From: Candidatus Lustribacter sp.
GTDB lineage: Bacteria; Vulcanimicrobiota; Vulcanimicrobiia; Vulcanimicrobiales; Vulcanimicrobiaceae
NCBI GenBank assembly: GCA_965277805.1
Contig: OZ255842.1
Coordinates: 5,184,001-5,248,000, forward strand
Direction: 5' to 3'
Length of the DNA: 64,000 nt
The position numbers and the translations under genes were made by a program. Below, in pieces: positions 1-9,449 of this stretch; within the stretch, counting starts at the first letter, position 1; each line of letters starts with the position of its first letter. The notes beneath the pieces are model-generated. The model was given only the letters and a program-made list of their open reading frames with translations, was not told the origin of the DNA and did no database searches.

Positions 1-229
1 GCATTGAGAACGGGTATTTCCTCGGAAACCATGCGTCACGCAAGATGTTGGAACGCGTCGGTTACAAGCGGGAAGGCGTCGCGAGAAAACGATACCGGAG
101 CATGGCGGATGGAAAGCTGAAAGACGAATGCTTGATGGCGCTGCTCAAAGATGATTGGCCCGCGGATACGTGACCGGCCGGCGCAATGCCGCCCGAAATG
201 GCGGATCACGAACGGCCTCAAAGCTGACG

Positions 230-1741
230 TCAGTGATTGCGCCGGTACAAGAGTGCTTCCGCAACGTGGTCGCGGCCCAGTCGTTCGGAACCGGCGAGAT
301 CGGCGATCGTGCGCGCGACGCGGACGATGCGGTCGAAGCTGCGCGCGCTCAAACGTTCGCGCTGCATCACCGCCTCCAGCAACGCTGCTGACGGCTTATC
401 GAGTTCGGCGTGCGTGCGTAAGTCGTGGCCGCGCAACTGTGCGTTGACGCAGCCGTTGCGCTTATGTTGCCGTTTACGCGCCGCGATCACGCGCGCACGG
501 ATCGTACGTGACGGTTCGGATTGCGCTTCGCCGGAGAGTTCGCCGTACGGGACGTGTACGACGTTGACGTGCAGGTCGATCCGGTCGAGCAACGGGCCCG
601 ATATGCGGCTGCGATAGCGCGCCACGGACACGTCATCGCAGCGGCAATCGGCATTGCGCTCGCCGCGCTGTCCGCACGGGCACGGGTTCATCGAGGCGAC
701 GAGCGAGAAGCGCGCCGGGAACGTGCACGAGCCGGCGGCGCGCGCGATGGTCACGCTGCCGTCTTCGAGGGGCTGCCGCAGCACTTCGAGCGTCGAACGC
801 GGGAACTCGGCGATCTCATCGAGATAGAGCACGCCGCGTGAGGCCAGCGTCACTTCCCCGGGGCGTGGCGTGCTGCCGCCGCCGACGAGCGCGATGCGGC
901 TGCACGTGTGGTGAGGCGCTCGAAATGGGGGCTGACGTAGAATGCGCGGTGCGCTCCCCAGCAATCCCGCGATGCTGTAGATCGCGGTGACGTCGAGCGA
1001 TTCGTCGGGTGTCATCGGCGGCAGAATCGACGGCATGCGCTGCGCGAGCATCGTCTTGCCGCAGCCGGGCGGCCCGATCAGAATGACGTTGTGCCCGCCG
1101 GCGGCCGCGATTTCCAGCGCGCGTTTCGCGATGACCTGTCCCCGCACGTCGGCGAAGTCGTCGCCGCCGCCAGCGGCGTCTTGCTCGAGCGAAGGAGCGC
1201 CGGAGACCCGGAATTTCTCGCCGTTGCCCAGCACGACCGCAAACGCGTCGGCGAGCGTAGGCGCGGCGTACGTCTCGACTTCCGGAATCAGCGCGGCCTC
1301 CGCGTGGTTTGCGAGCGGTACGATCGCCCGGCCGATCCCGGCACGCTTCGCAGCGATCAGCATCGGTAGCGTCCCGGCGACGGCGCGCAGCGAACCGTCG
1401 AGCGCGAGCTCACCGAGCATCACGAATTCCGCCAGCAGCTTCGGCGCGAGTTGGCCGTCGAGTGCCAGGAGTGCGAGCGCGATCGGCAGATCGAATGCCG
1501 GGCCTTCCTTGCGCACGTCGGCCGGGGCGAGGCTCACCAGCAGCCGTCCGGCCGGTAACATGAAGCCGGAATTGATCAGGGCCGAGCGGACGCGGTCTTT
1601 GGACTCGTTGAGGGAACGGTCGGGGAGGCCGATAATCGCGATCCCCGGCGTCCCGGGCGAGGCGCCGGTCTCGACCCGCACGATCAGGCCCTCGACGCCG
1701 TGCATCGCGCAGGCGAACGAACACGGTTGCACCTGCTCCAT
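230..1741 (-). CDS. comM: YifB/ComM family Mg-chelatase-like AAA+ ATPase
   Basis: IIGLPD..KESKDRVRSAL, Walker A GPPGCGKT, FRAPHHT, LYLDEIAEF, MNPCPCG and ISGPLLDRIDL motifs; start placed at ATG 1741. Confidence 0.93.
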   Translation of the reverse strand: MEQVQPCSFACAMHGVEGLIVRVETGASPGTPGIAIIGLPDRSLNESKDRVRSALINSGFMLPAGRLLVSLAPADVRKEGPAFDLPIALALLALDGQLAPKLLAEFVMLGELALDGSLRAVAGTLPMLIAAKRAGIGRAIVPLANHAEAALIPEVETYAAPTLADAFAVVLGNGEKFRVSGAPSLEQDAAGGGDDFADVRGQVIAKRALEIAAAGGHNVILIGPPGCGKTMLAQRMPSILPPMTPDESLDVTAIYSIAGLLGSAPRILRQPPFRAPHHTCSRIALVGGGSTPRPGEVTLASRGVLYLDEIAEFPRSTLEVLRQPLEDGSVTIARAAGSCTFPARFSLVASMNPCPCGQRGERNADCRCDDVSVARYRSRISGPLLDRIDLHVNVVHVPYGELSGEAQSEPSRTIRARVIAARKRQHKRNGCVNAQLRGHDLRTHAELDKPSAALLEAVMQRERLSARSFDRIVRVARTIADLAGSERLGRDHVAEALLYRRNH

Positions 1742-1784
1742 CTGCGCCGAAGGCACGCTCAAGCAAGGGGACGAAAAAATCACC

Positions 1785-2357
1785 ATGGATACACTCGCGC
1801 GTCCGTCTCGGTATGGGTTTGAGGAACGCTTCGAACCGCAGTCCAACCGCTTCACGCTTACCGGATGCGATCATTTCGGTTTGCCCGCGCGCGATCCGGA
1901 ACTCTCGGGGAAATTCTTCGAGCAGATCCTCGGCGGCGTCGAGTTCTTCCGGGCCGGCTACTCCGAGGCCGAGCGCGCGGCGAGGAAGTCGCGCCACATC
2001 TTCTATCATGTCGGTAAGGTTTTGGTGGAGCTCGTCGAGCAGCGTACCGAAGCGGGCTACCCCGACCACACCAACCCCAACGGCGAGAACATGAACCCGC
2101 ACTTCGCCTTCGGCACCACGGCCGCGGGCGTGCTGGCGTTCAAAGACCATCTCACCCGCGAGGGGATTCCGTTCGCCGGACCGCGCCGCCACGGTAAGGT
2201 CATCAGCGCCGCCTCGATCTACTTCCGCGACATCGACGGCAACATCTTGGAAGTCGTCACGTGGGAAGATATGGCGGCGAGCGAGATCGTGCCGGTCGCA
2301 CCCGGCGAACGGCTCGCCGACTGGAACGCGCTCAAGCACAACTGGCGGCCGCACTAA
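1785..2357 (+). CDS. VOC/glyoxalase family protein
   Basis: DHFGLPARD, PHFAF and SIYFRDIDGNILEV metal-binding pattern; the N-terminal part of the ORF-track call overlaps comM and is treated as spurious. Confidence 0.8.
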   Translation: MDTLARPSRYGFEERFEPQSNRFTLTGCDHFGLPARDPELSGKFFEQILGGVEFFRAGYSEAERAARKSRHIFYHVGKVLVELVEQRTEAGYPDHTNPNGENMNPHFAFGTTAAGVLAFKDHLTREGIPFAGPRRHGKVISAASIYFRDIDGNILEVVTWEDMAASEIVPVAPGERLADWNALKHNWRPH

Positions 2358-2363
2358 CGGCGC

Positions 2364-3680
2364 ATGACCGCATCCGTCGTGCAGCAATTGCTGCTGATGC
2401 TGGTGCAGGGCATCTTCGTCGGCGGTTTGCTCGTTGCAGCGTTCCGGTTGCGGCGAACCTTCGGGCAGGCGCTCCTCTACATCGTCTTCGGCGTGATCTT
2501 CCAGTACGCGAACTTGCTGGCCGGCAGCGTGTACATTCCGCTCTCGCCGTGGCTCGTCGTAAGCCCGGGCTCGGTCGTCCTTTTTCCGGCAATTCTGTTT
2601 CTCGTGCTCTTCGTCTACCTCAGCGAAGATGCGGTTGAGGCGCGCAAGCTGATCTACGGCGTGGCAATCGCCAACGTCGTCTTTCTGCCGCTGAGCTTAC
2701 TCGTCGCCGCGCAACTGCAGTCTCCGCAGGTGATCAATCCGTTCCATCTCCCGCCGGACCTGTTCGCCGTGCAGCCGCGCATCGTCGTGTCGAGCGCGAT
2801 CGTGCTCTTTCTCGACACGCTGATCGTCTGTTTGCTGTACGAATGGGTCAGCCGGTACACGCGCTCGATCTTCTTGCGCGTCTACATCTCGCTGACGATC
2901 ACGCTGTTTTTCGATTCGATCGCCTTCGCGACCGCGGCATTCGCCGGCGGTCCGGCATACGTCGACATCATGGTCTCGCAGATCGTCGGGAAGACGGTCG
3001 CGGCGCTCGTCTACGCGATCATCCTCGCCACGTATTTGCGCTACTTCAACGTTGCCGAAAGCATGGTCGTGGGCGAAGGCCGGGCGCTCGGCGCGATGTT
3101 TCGCGTGCTGACCTATCGCCAGCGCTACGAAGAATTGCAGCGGATCGTCATTCGCGACGCGCTCACCAACGTCTACAACCGCGGATTTTTCGATGAGGCG
3201 ATCGAGAAATACGTCGCGATGTCGAAGCGCTCGGGCCGCTCGATCTGCATGATGATGGTCGACGTCGACCACTTCAAGCGGGTGAACGACACCTACGGCC
3301 ATACCGAGGGCGACCTCGTCCTCCAGCTCATCGCGGGCGCGATTTCTTCGATGCTGCGGGTTTCGGACTACGTGTGCCGCTACGGGGGCGAAGAATTCGC
3401 CATCCTCTTGCCGCAGACGGAGCTGGCCCAGGCCGTGGTGCTGGCGGAGCGTATCGTGACGGAGCTGCCGCGGGCTCTCTCGACCGGCTGGCAGGGCGCG
3501 GGCACCATGCCGATCACGGTCACGATCGGCGTGGCCGAGTGCCCGCACGAAGCCGCCGACGGCCCGGAGCTGATCCGCATTGCCGACCGGCGGCTGTATG
3601 CAGGCAAAGACGCCGGACGCAATCGCGTCGTGGCCGCCGACTATCCGGCGCTCGCGGTCCGGCTTCCGGCGGCGGGCTAG
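2364..3680 (+). CDS. Membrane diguanylate cyclase (GGDEF) with N-terminal VUT/YhhQ-like multi-TM domain
   Basis: About 7 TM helices, then DALTNVYNR, DVDHFKRVNDTYGH, RxxD I-site (RVSD) and GGEEF. Confidence 0.88.
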   Translation: MTASVVQQLLLMLVQGIFVGGLLVAAFRLRRTFGQALLYIVFGVIFQYANLLAGSVYIPLSPWLVVSPGSVVLFPAILFLVLFVYLSEDAVEARKLIYGVAIANVVFLPLSLLVAAQLQSPQVINPFHLPPDLFAVQPRIVVSSAIVLFLDTLIVCLLYEWVSRYTRSIFLRVYISLTITLFFDSIAFATAAFAGGPAYVDIMVSQIVGKTVAALVYAIILATYLRYFNVAESMVVGEGRALGAMFRVLTYRQRYEELQRIVIRDALTNVYNRGFFDEAIEKYVAMSKRSGRSICMMMVDVDHFKRVNDTYGHTEGDLVLQLIAGAISSMLRVSDYVCRYGGEEFAILLPQTELAQAVVLAERIVTELPRALSTGWQGAGTMPITVTIGVAECPHEAADGPELIRIADRRLYAGKDAGRNRVVAADYPALAVRLPAAG

Positions 3681-3695
3681 GTAAGCTGCGAAACC

Positions 3696-3739
3696 TTCTC
3701 CACACGGTGCACAGCCGTGCGTCCAGCGGCTGTGGATAA
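3696..3739. promoter_or_regulatory. DnaA-box cluster
   Basis: Perfect TTATCCACA on the minus strand (TGTGGATAA 3731-3739), a one-mismatch TTCTCCACA at 3696-3704 and a degenerate box at 3705-3713. Confidence 0.5.
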
Positions 3740-4169
3740 CCCGGTTTGAGCAGGCCGCACCTCCGCCGGAAGCCTGGTATTTGGCTGATTTCCGGTCGTT
3801 GCCGTGGCGGCGCGTGCGACGCCCGGGGTGCGCTGGGAACACTCCTTCCGGGCGGACGAACTTCTTGCGCGCCGGCATATGCGGTGCCGCCCCCAACATA
3901 CGAAAAACTGCGTTTTTCCAGTGTTTTGGCGTCGTTTGCGCTCCCTTTGGGCCGAAATGCAGCAAATTTCGGCCGGCTTGTAAGCACCGGCTTCGCACGC
4001 AAGCTGCTACCGCCGAAGTGAGCGTTCGCGGCCCACTTTTCCGTCTTCCGCTCGCATGCCGAACCCGCCGAACGTCGCAGGAGCTCCTTCTTGAGAAGAC
4101 CTTTCATTAAGGCGGCGTTCGTGCAGTCGCAGGGCGTCCCAACGGCGTGCGACAAGTCGGAGTGCCGAT

Positions 4170-5087
4170 ATGAAACGACTCGCTGTTCTCGCGTGCGCGC
4201 TCGTCATCGCGACCGGTTGTTCGAAAAACGCCGATACGACGGCCTCCGGGGGCAAAACGATCGGCGTGTCGATTCAGAATCGCGAGGCCCAGTTCTATCA
4301 GGACATGGAGTCCGGAATGAAGGCCGAGGCGCAAAAGTACGGCTACACGGTGAACGTGGTCGACGCCAGCCGCGACAACTCGAAGCAGCAGAGTCAGGTC
4401 GAGGACTTCATCTCGCAAAAGGTCGCGGCGATCGTCCTGACCCCGTACGATTCCCAGGCCATCGGATCGGCCATCGTCGAGGCCAATAAGGCGGGCATCC
4501 CCGTTTTCACGGCCGATATCGCCAACGCGTCGAGCCAAGGGGCCGTGGTCTCGCACATCGCCAGCGACAACGTTCAAGGCGGCGGCCAGGCCGGCAAGCT
4601 GATGTGCGCGGCCGTCCCCGGGGGCGGCCCGGTCGCGATCCTCGATGAGCCGGAAGTGACGAGCGTGCAGGATCGCGTCAAGGGCTTCAAAGCGGCCCTT
4701 GCGTCCGGCTGCCCGACGGTCACGGTCGTGGCCGATATCGACGGCGGCGGCGAGCGTGCCAAGGCCTCGTCGGCGACCGAAGACATTCTGCAATCGCACA
4801 AAAACCTCAAGGGCATCTTCGGGATCAACGACGACTCGGCGCTGGGCGCATCGACCGCCGTGCAAGCCGCCGGTCTGAACGGCAAGATCGCGGTCATCGG
4901 CTACGACGCGACGCCCGAAGCGCGCGCGGCAATTGCGGCCGGAACGATGTACGGCGATGCGATCCAGCATCCCGATCAGATCGGCGCGAAGACGATCGAC
5001 GCGATAGCCGATTCGTTCGCCGGCAAGACGGTGCCGAAGAAGATTGCCGTGGCCGTGGGTACCTTCACGAAAGCCGACGCGAAGTAG
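4170..5087 (+). CDS. Sugar ABC transporter substrate-binding lipoprotein (RbsB-like)
   Basis: Lipobox IATGC, IASDNVQGG, IFGINDDSALGA and IGYDA; GGAG RBS upstream. Confidence 0.9.
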   Translation: MKRLAVLACALVIATGCSKNADTTASGGKTIGVSIQNREAQFYQDMESGMKAEAQKYGYTVNVVDASRDNSKQQSQVEDFISQKVAAIVLTPYDSQAIGSAIVEANKAGIPVFTADIANASSQGAVVSHIASDNVQGGGQAGKLMCAAVPGGGPVAILDEPEVTSVQDRVKGFKAALASGCPTVTVVADIDGGGERAKASSATEDILQSHKNLKGIFGINDDSALGASTAVQAAGLNGKIAVIGYDATPEARAAIAAGTMYGDAIQHPDQIGAKTIDAIADSFAGKTVPKKIAVAVGTFTKADAK

Positions 5088-5089
5088 TC

Positions 5090-6586
5090 TTGGCCGATCC
5101 TCTGCTGCGCATGGCGGCGATCACGAAATCGTTTCCGGGCGTGCGCGCGCTCGACGGCGTGTCGTTCGAAGTTAACGCCGGTGAAGTCCACGCGCTCGTC
5201 GGCGAGAACGGTGCGGGGAAATCGACGTTGATGAAGATTCTCGCCGGAGCCTACATCGCTGAGGGCGGCACGATCGAGATCGACGGCAAACCCGTGACGA
5301 TCGACGGCCCGAAGGCGGCCGAACGGCTCGGGATCGGCATGATCTATCAGGAGTTCAACCTCGTGCCGGATCTCGGCGTGATCGAGAACATCGTGCTGGG
5401 CATCGAGCCGACGCGCGGCATGTTTCTCGATACGAAAGCGGCGATCGCGCGCGCAACGGCCGTGCTCGCCGAGCTCGGCATCACGCTGCCGCTCGACCGT
5501 CCCGCGCGGCGGCTCTCGGTCGCAGAACAACAGCTCACCGAGATCGCGAAGGCGCTGGTGCGGCATGCGCGGCTCATCGTGATGGACGAACCGACCGCCG
5601 CCCTGACCGATCGCGAAACCGACGCGCTGTTCGCGCTGATCGCGAAACTCAAAGCGCAGGGCGTGGCCTTCGTCTACATCTCTCACCGGCTCGAAGAACT
5701 GCCGCGCATCGCCGACCGCATCACGGTCATTCGCGACGGACGCGCGGTCGAAACGCGTGCGACCAGCGCGCTGCCGCAGAACGAGATGATCCAGCTGATG
5801 GTCGGGCGCGCGCTCGAAGCGCACTTCCCCGATTTGCCGCCCGTGGCGCCAGATGCGCCCGTTCGTTTAGCGGTGCGCGATCTGCGGGCCGCCAGCAACG
5901 TCAACGGGGTTTCGTTCGAGGTGCACGCCGGCGAGATCGTCGGCCTCGCCGGGCTCGTCGGAGCCGGACGCACGGAGATCGTGCGTGCGATCGCCGGTGC
6001 CGACGTCGCCACGAACGGCGAGATCGTCGTCGACGGCAAACCCGTTACCGGGCGCAGCCCGCATGCGGCGATCGAGGCCGGCATCGCCTTCATCACCGAG
6101 GACCGCAAGGCGCAAGGACTGGTGCTGGGCATGACCGTGCGCGAGAACACGACGCTAGCCCATCTGGCCGCTTACTCGCACGGGCCGTTCATCAGCCGTG
6201 CCGAGGAAGTCGGCATCACGAACCGCGAGATCGCGGAACTGCGCATCCGCACGCCCTCGAGCGAACAAGCCGTGAAGAATCTCTCCGGCGGCAACCAGCA
6301 GAAGGTCGTGCTCGCGAAATGGCTCACCGGCGACGCGCACGTGTTCCTCTTCGATGAGCCGACGCGCGGCGTCGACGTCGGTGCCAAAGCGGAGATCTAT
6401 ACGTTGATGCTGCAACTGCTCGCGCGCGGCGCCGGCATCGTGATGGTTTCGAGCGAACTGCCCGAGGTGCTTGGGATGTCGCATCGCATCCTGGTGGTGC
6501 GCGACGGGAAGATCGCTGCGGAATTCAGCCGCGCCGATGCGACGCCGGCGGCCGTGATCGCCGTCGCGGCCGGAGTGGCGGCGTGA
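5090..6586 (+). CDS. Sugar ABC transporter ATP-binding protein (RbsA-like, tandem ABC domains)
   Basis: GENGAGKST, MDEPT, LSGGNQQKV and DEPTRGVDVGAK. Confidence 0.93.
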   Translation: MADPLLRMAAITKSFPGVRALDGVSFEVNAGEVHALVGENGAGKSTLMKILAGAYIAEGGTIEIDGKPVTIDGPKAAERLGIGMIYQEFNLVPDLGVIENIVLGIEPTRGMFLDTKAAIARATAVLAELGITLPLDRPARRLSVAEQQLTEIAKALVRHARLIVMDEPTAALTDRETDALFALIAKLKAQGVAFVYISHRLEELPRIADRITVIRDGRAVETRATSALPQNEMIQLMVGRALEAHFPDLPPVAPDAPVRLAVRDLRAASNVNGVSFEVHAGEIVGLAGLVGAGRTEIVRAIAGADVATNGEIVVDGKPVTGRSPHAAIEAGIAFITEDRKAQGLVLGMTVRENTTLAHLAAYSHGPFISRAEEVGITNREIAELRIRTPSSEQAVKNLSGGNQQKVVLAKWLTGDAHVFLFDEPTRGVDVGAKAEIYTLMLQLLARGAGIVMVSSELPEVLGMSHRILVVRDGKIAAEFSRADATPAAVIAVAAGVAA

Positions 6587-7650
6587 ACCCGGCGACGCCG
6601 CCGGAAACCGTTCACGAAGTCAAGGCCGCGCTCGATGCGCGCTCGGGCGATGCCCAAGCGAAGCAACGCCGCCAGACCGTATTGCGCACGGCGATTGCGA
6701 TCGTCGCCTTCGTCATCCTGATCGTCATCGTCAACGCCCTGACCCAAGGCAACTTCTTTACCGCCGGCAACTTGACCAATGTTCTGCGGCAGATCACGTA
6801 CAACGCGATCCTCGCCGTCGGACAGACATTCGTGATCATCACCGCCGGCATCGATCTGTCGGTCGGCTCGCTGATTCAATTGACGGGCGTCGTCATGGCG
6901 CAGTTCGCGAACGCGAGCGGACTCAACGGTCCGCTGCTCGTGATCGTCACGACCGTGGTCGGCGTCGCGGTCGGCTGCTGCGCGGGCCTCGTCAATGCGC
7001 TGCCGGTCATCCGGTTCAACTTGCCGCCGTTCATTACGACCCTCGCGATGATGCTGATGGCGCGCGGTCTCGCGTTCAAGCTCTCGCACGGACAGCCGGT
7101 GCCGCTGAAGAGCACCGCGTTCGATGCGCTGGGCACGCAGTACGCGCTGCACGATCTGCTCGCGCCGCTCGGTATGCCCGGCATCCCGTGGGCCGTGCTT
7201 GTGATGCTGGTCGTCGTGATCGCGTTCGCCATCGTCCTCACGCGTACGCGCTTCGGACGCTACGTGCTGGCCCTGGGCGGCAATGAAGAAGCGGCGCGGC
7301 TGGCCGGCATCAACGTGCGCCTGGTCAAGCTGTTCGTGTACGTGATCTCCGGCGGCTGCGCGGCGCTCGCCGGCATGTTGCTGATGGCGCGCTTCTCGTC
7401 GGGCTCGCCGCAGACCGGCGTGGGCAGCGAGCTGCAGTCGATCGCGGCGGTCGTCGTCGGCGGAACGTCGCTGATGGGCGGGCGCGGCAGCGTCGTCGCA
7501 ACCTTCTTCGGCGCGCTCCTGATCGGGGTGCTCAACAACGTGATGAATTTGTTGAATATCGAATCGTATACCCAAGACATCGTGCTCGGCGCCGTGATCC
7601 TGCTCGCCGTGATCGCCGAAGAGTTGCGCAAGCGCGTGTTCGCCCGCTGA
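6583..7650 (+). CDS. Sugar ABC transporter permease (RbsC-like)
   Basis: GIDLSVGS, GGNEEAARLAGI and ELQSIAAVVVGGTSLMGG. Confidence 0.93.
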   Translation: MNPATPPETVHEVKAALDARSGDAQAKQRRQTVLRTAIAIVAFVILIVIVNALTQGNFFTAGNLTNVLRQITYNAILAVGQTFVIITAGIDLSVGSLIQLTGVVMAQFANASGLNGPLLVIVTTVVGVAVGCCAGLVNALPVIRFNLPPFITTLAMMLMARGLAFKLSHGQPVPLKSTAFDALGTQYALHDLLAPLGMPGIPWAVLVMLVVVIAFAIVLTRTRFGRYVLALGGNEEAARLAGINVRLVKLFVYVISGGCAALAGMLLMARFSSGSPQTGVGSELQSIAAVVVGGTSLMGGRGSVVATFFGALLIGVLNNVMNLLNIESYTQDIVLGAVILLAVIAEELRKRVFAR

Positions 7651-8798
7651 TGGCGGTCTTCGACGATATCACCGTCGCGCAACTGCGCGAACGGCGCAGC
7701 GCGAAGTGGACGATGTTTCCGGCCGACGTGCTGCCCGCGTGGGTGGCCGAGATGGATTTCCCGCTCGATGCCGGCGTGCGCGAAGCGCTGCTCGATTCGA
7801 TCCGCCACGACGACGCCGGCTACGCCAACGGCGCCGGCGTCGGCCCCGCGTTCGCATCGTTCGTCAAGGCGCGTTACGAGTGGACCCTCGATCCGAAGGG
7901 GGTGTTCGTGATCCCGGACGTGCTCGTCGGCATTTCCGAACTGTTGCGCACGCTCACCAATCCCGGCGATCGCATCGTCGTAAATTCGCCGGTGTATCCG
8001 CCGTTCTACCGCGTCATCGGCGAGGTCGAACGGACGGTCGAAGACGTTCCGCTGCTGCGCGCCGCCGACGGATCGTGGAGCCTCGATCTGGCCGGGCTCG
8101 AGCGCGCGTTTGCCGGCGGCGCTGCGGCCTATCTGCTGTGTTCGCCGCACAACCCGCTTGGCAAAGTGTTCGATCTGACGACGCTCGCGTGCATCGCGGA
8201 GCTCGCGGCCGAACACAAGGTGCTCGTGATTGCCGATGAGATCCACGCGCCGCTGACGATGGCCGGCGCGACGTTCGTGCCCTTTCTGCCGATCGGCGAC
8301 TACATCGATTGCGACTGCATCGCGTTGGCGTCGGCGTCCAAAGCCTGGAATCTGCCGGGGCTCAAATGCGCGGTCGCTGTTGCCGGCACCGAACGCACGC
8401 GCAAGCTGCTGGCGAAGATGCGGCCCGAACTGCCGTGGAGCGCCGGCAACCTCGGCGTCGTCGCATCGATAGCCGCGTTTACGCAGGGCTCGCCGTGGCT
8501 CGACGAACTGCTGGTCTACCTCGACGGCAATCGCCGGCTCTTGACCGACCTGCTCGCGCGCGAATTGCCGGGCGTGCGCTACATCGAACCGGAAGCGAGT
8601 TACCTCGCCTGGCTCGATTGCACCGCGCTCGACCTCGGGCCCGACCCCGTGTCGGTCTTTCTCGAACGCGGGCGCGTTGCGCTGACGCGCGGCCGCGACT
8701 TCGGCCCCGACTCGGCCCCGTTCGTGCGCGTCAACATGGGCACCTCACACGCCATCCTCACCGAAGTCATCCACCGAATGAAAAACGCGCTCGCCTAG
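7650..8798 (+). CDS. patB: MalY/PatB family PLP-dependent C-S lyase
   Basis: WVAEMDF, CSPHNPLG, DEIH, SKAWNLPGL (PLP lysine) and YLAWLD. Confidence 0.88.
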   Translation: MAVFDDITVAQLRERRSAKWTMFPADVLPAWVAEMDFPLDAGVREALLDSIRHDDAGYANGAGVGPAFASFVKARYEWTLDPKGVFVIPDVLVGISELLRTLTNPGDRIVVNSPVYPPFYRVIGEVERTVEDVPLLRAADGSWSLDLAGLERAFAGGAAAYLLCSPHNPLGKVFDLTTLACIAELAAEHKVLVIADEIHAPLTMAGATFVPFLPIGDYIDCDCIALASASKAWNLPGLKCAVAVAGTERTRKLLAKMRPELPWSAGNLGVVASIAAFTQGSPWLDELLVYLDGNRRLLTDLLARELPGVRYIEPEASYLAWLDCTALDLGPDPVSVFLERGRVALTRGRDFGPDSAPFVRVNMGTSHAILTEVIHRMKNALA

Positions 8799-8807
8799 TA
8801 TCAGATA

Positions 8808-9449
8808 TTATATAATCCCCCGCCGTAGCGCGGTGACGGCGGCTTGGGCGCGGTCGGAGGCTTTGAGCTTGTCGAGGATCTCGCGGATGTGGCCCTTCAC
8901 CGTGCCGAGGCCGAGGTTCAAGTGCTCGGCGATCGCGACGTTGCCGTAACCCTCGGCGATCAGCCGGACGATCTCGGTTTCGCGCACGGAGAGCGGCGAT
9001 GCGGGCGCGCTGAGTTTCTGACCGCGGAAACGGCGCAGGACGGCGTCGGCGATGTGCGGATCGAAGTACGCACCGCCTTCGGCTGCCGCGCGGACCGCGA
9101 GCAGCACGGCGCTCGTATCGGTCATCTTCACGCAGTACGCATCGGCGCCGGCTTCGAGCGCGTCGAGGATTTCGCTTTCGAGATCGTGCACGGTCAAGAT
9201 CACGACGCGCGTGTCGGGAAATTCGGCGCGGATGCGGCGCGTCAACTCGATCCCGTCGATTCCGGGCAGGCCGATGTCGGCGACCACGACGTTCGGCCGC
9301 AGTTTGCGGATCACGTCGAGCCCGTCCAAGCCGTCGTCGGCTTCGCCGATGACCTCGATGTCGTCGGAGGCGTTGAGCGCCGTGTGCAAGCCGACGCGCG
9401 TCAACGCGTGGTCCTCGACGATCACGACCTTATATGCTTTTTCAGACAT
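8808..9449 (-). CDS. NarL/LuxR family response regulator
   Basis: Receiver domain (EDH, ADIGLPGIDG) plus LuxR HTH (LSVRETE, TVKGHIREILDKL). Confidence 0.92.
   Translation of the reverse strand: MSEKAYKVVIVEDHALTRVGLHTALNASDDIEVIGEADDGLDGLDVIRKLRPNVVVADIGLPGIDGIELTRRIRAEFPDTRVVILTVHDLESEILDALEAGADAYCVKMTDTSAVLLAVRAAAEGGAYFDPHIADAVLRRFRGQKLSAPASPLSVRETEIVRLIAEGYGNVAIAEHLNLGLGTVKGHIREILDKLKASDRAQAAVTALRRGII

Noticed and set aside
36-221. 61-aa ORF and a possible minus-strand start at 32
   Set aside because: No recognisable motif; too little sequence to support a call
1410-2387. Long antisense and alternative-frame ORFs here and throughout (e.g. 2697-3998, 6397-7575, 40872-42158, 62115-63479)
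   Set aside because: Arg/Ala-rich shadow ORFs typical of high-GC DNA, overlapping well-supported genes
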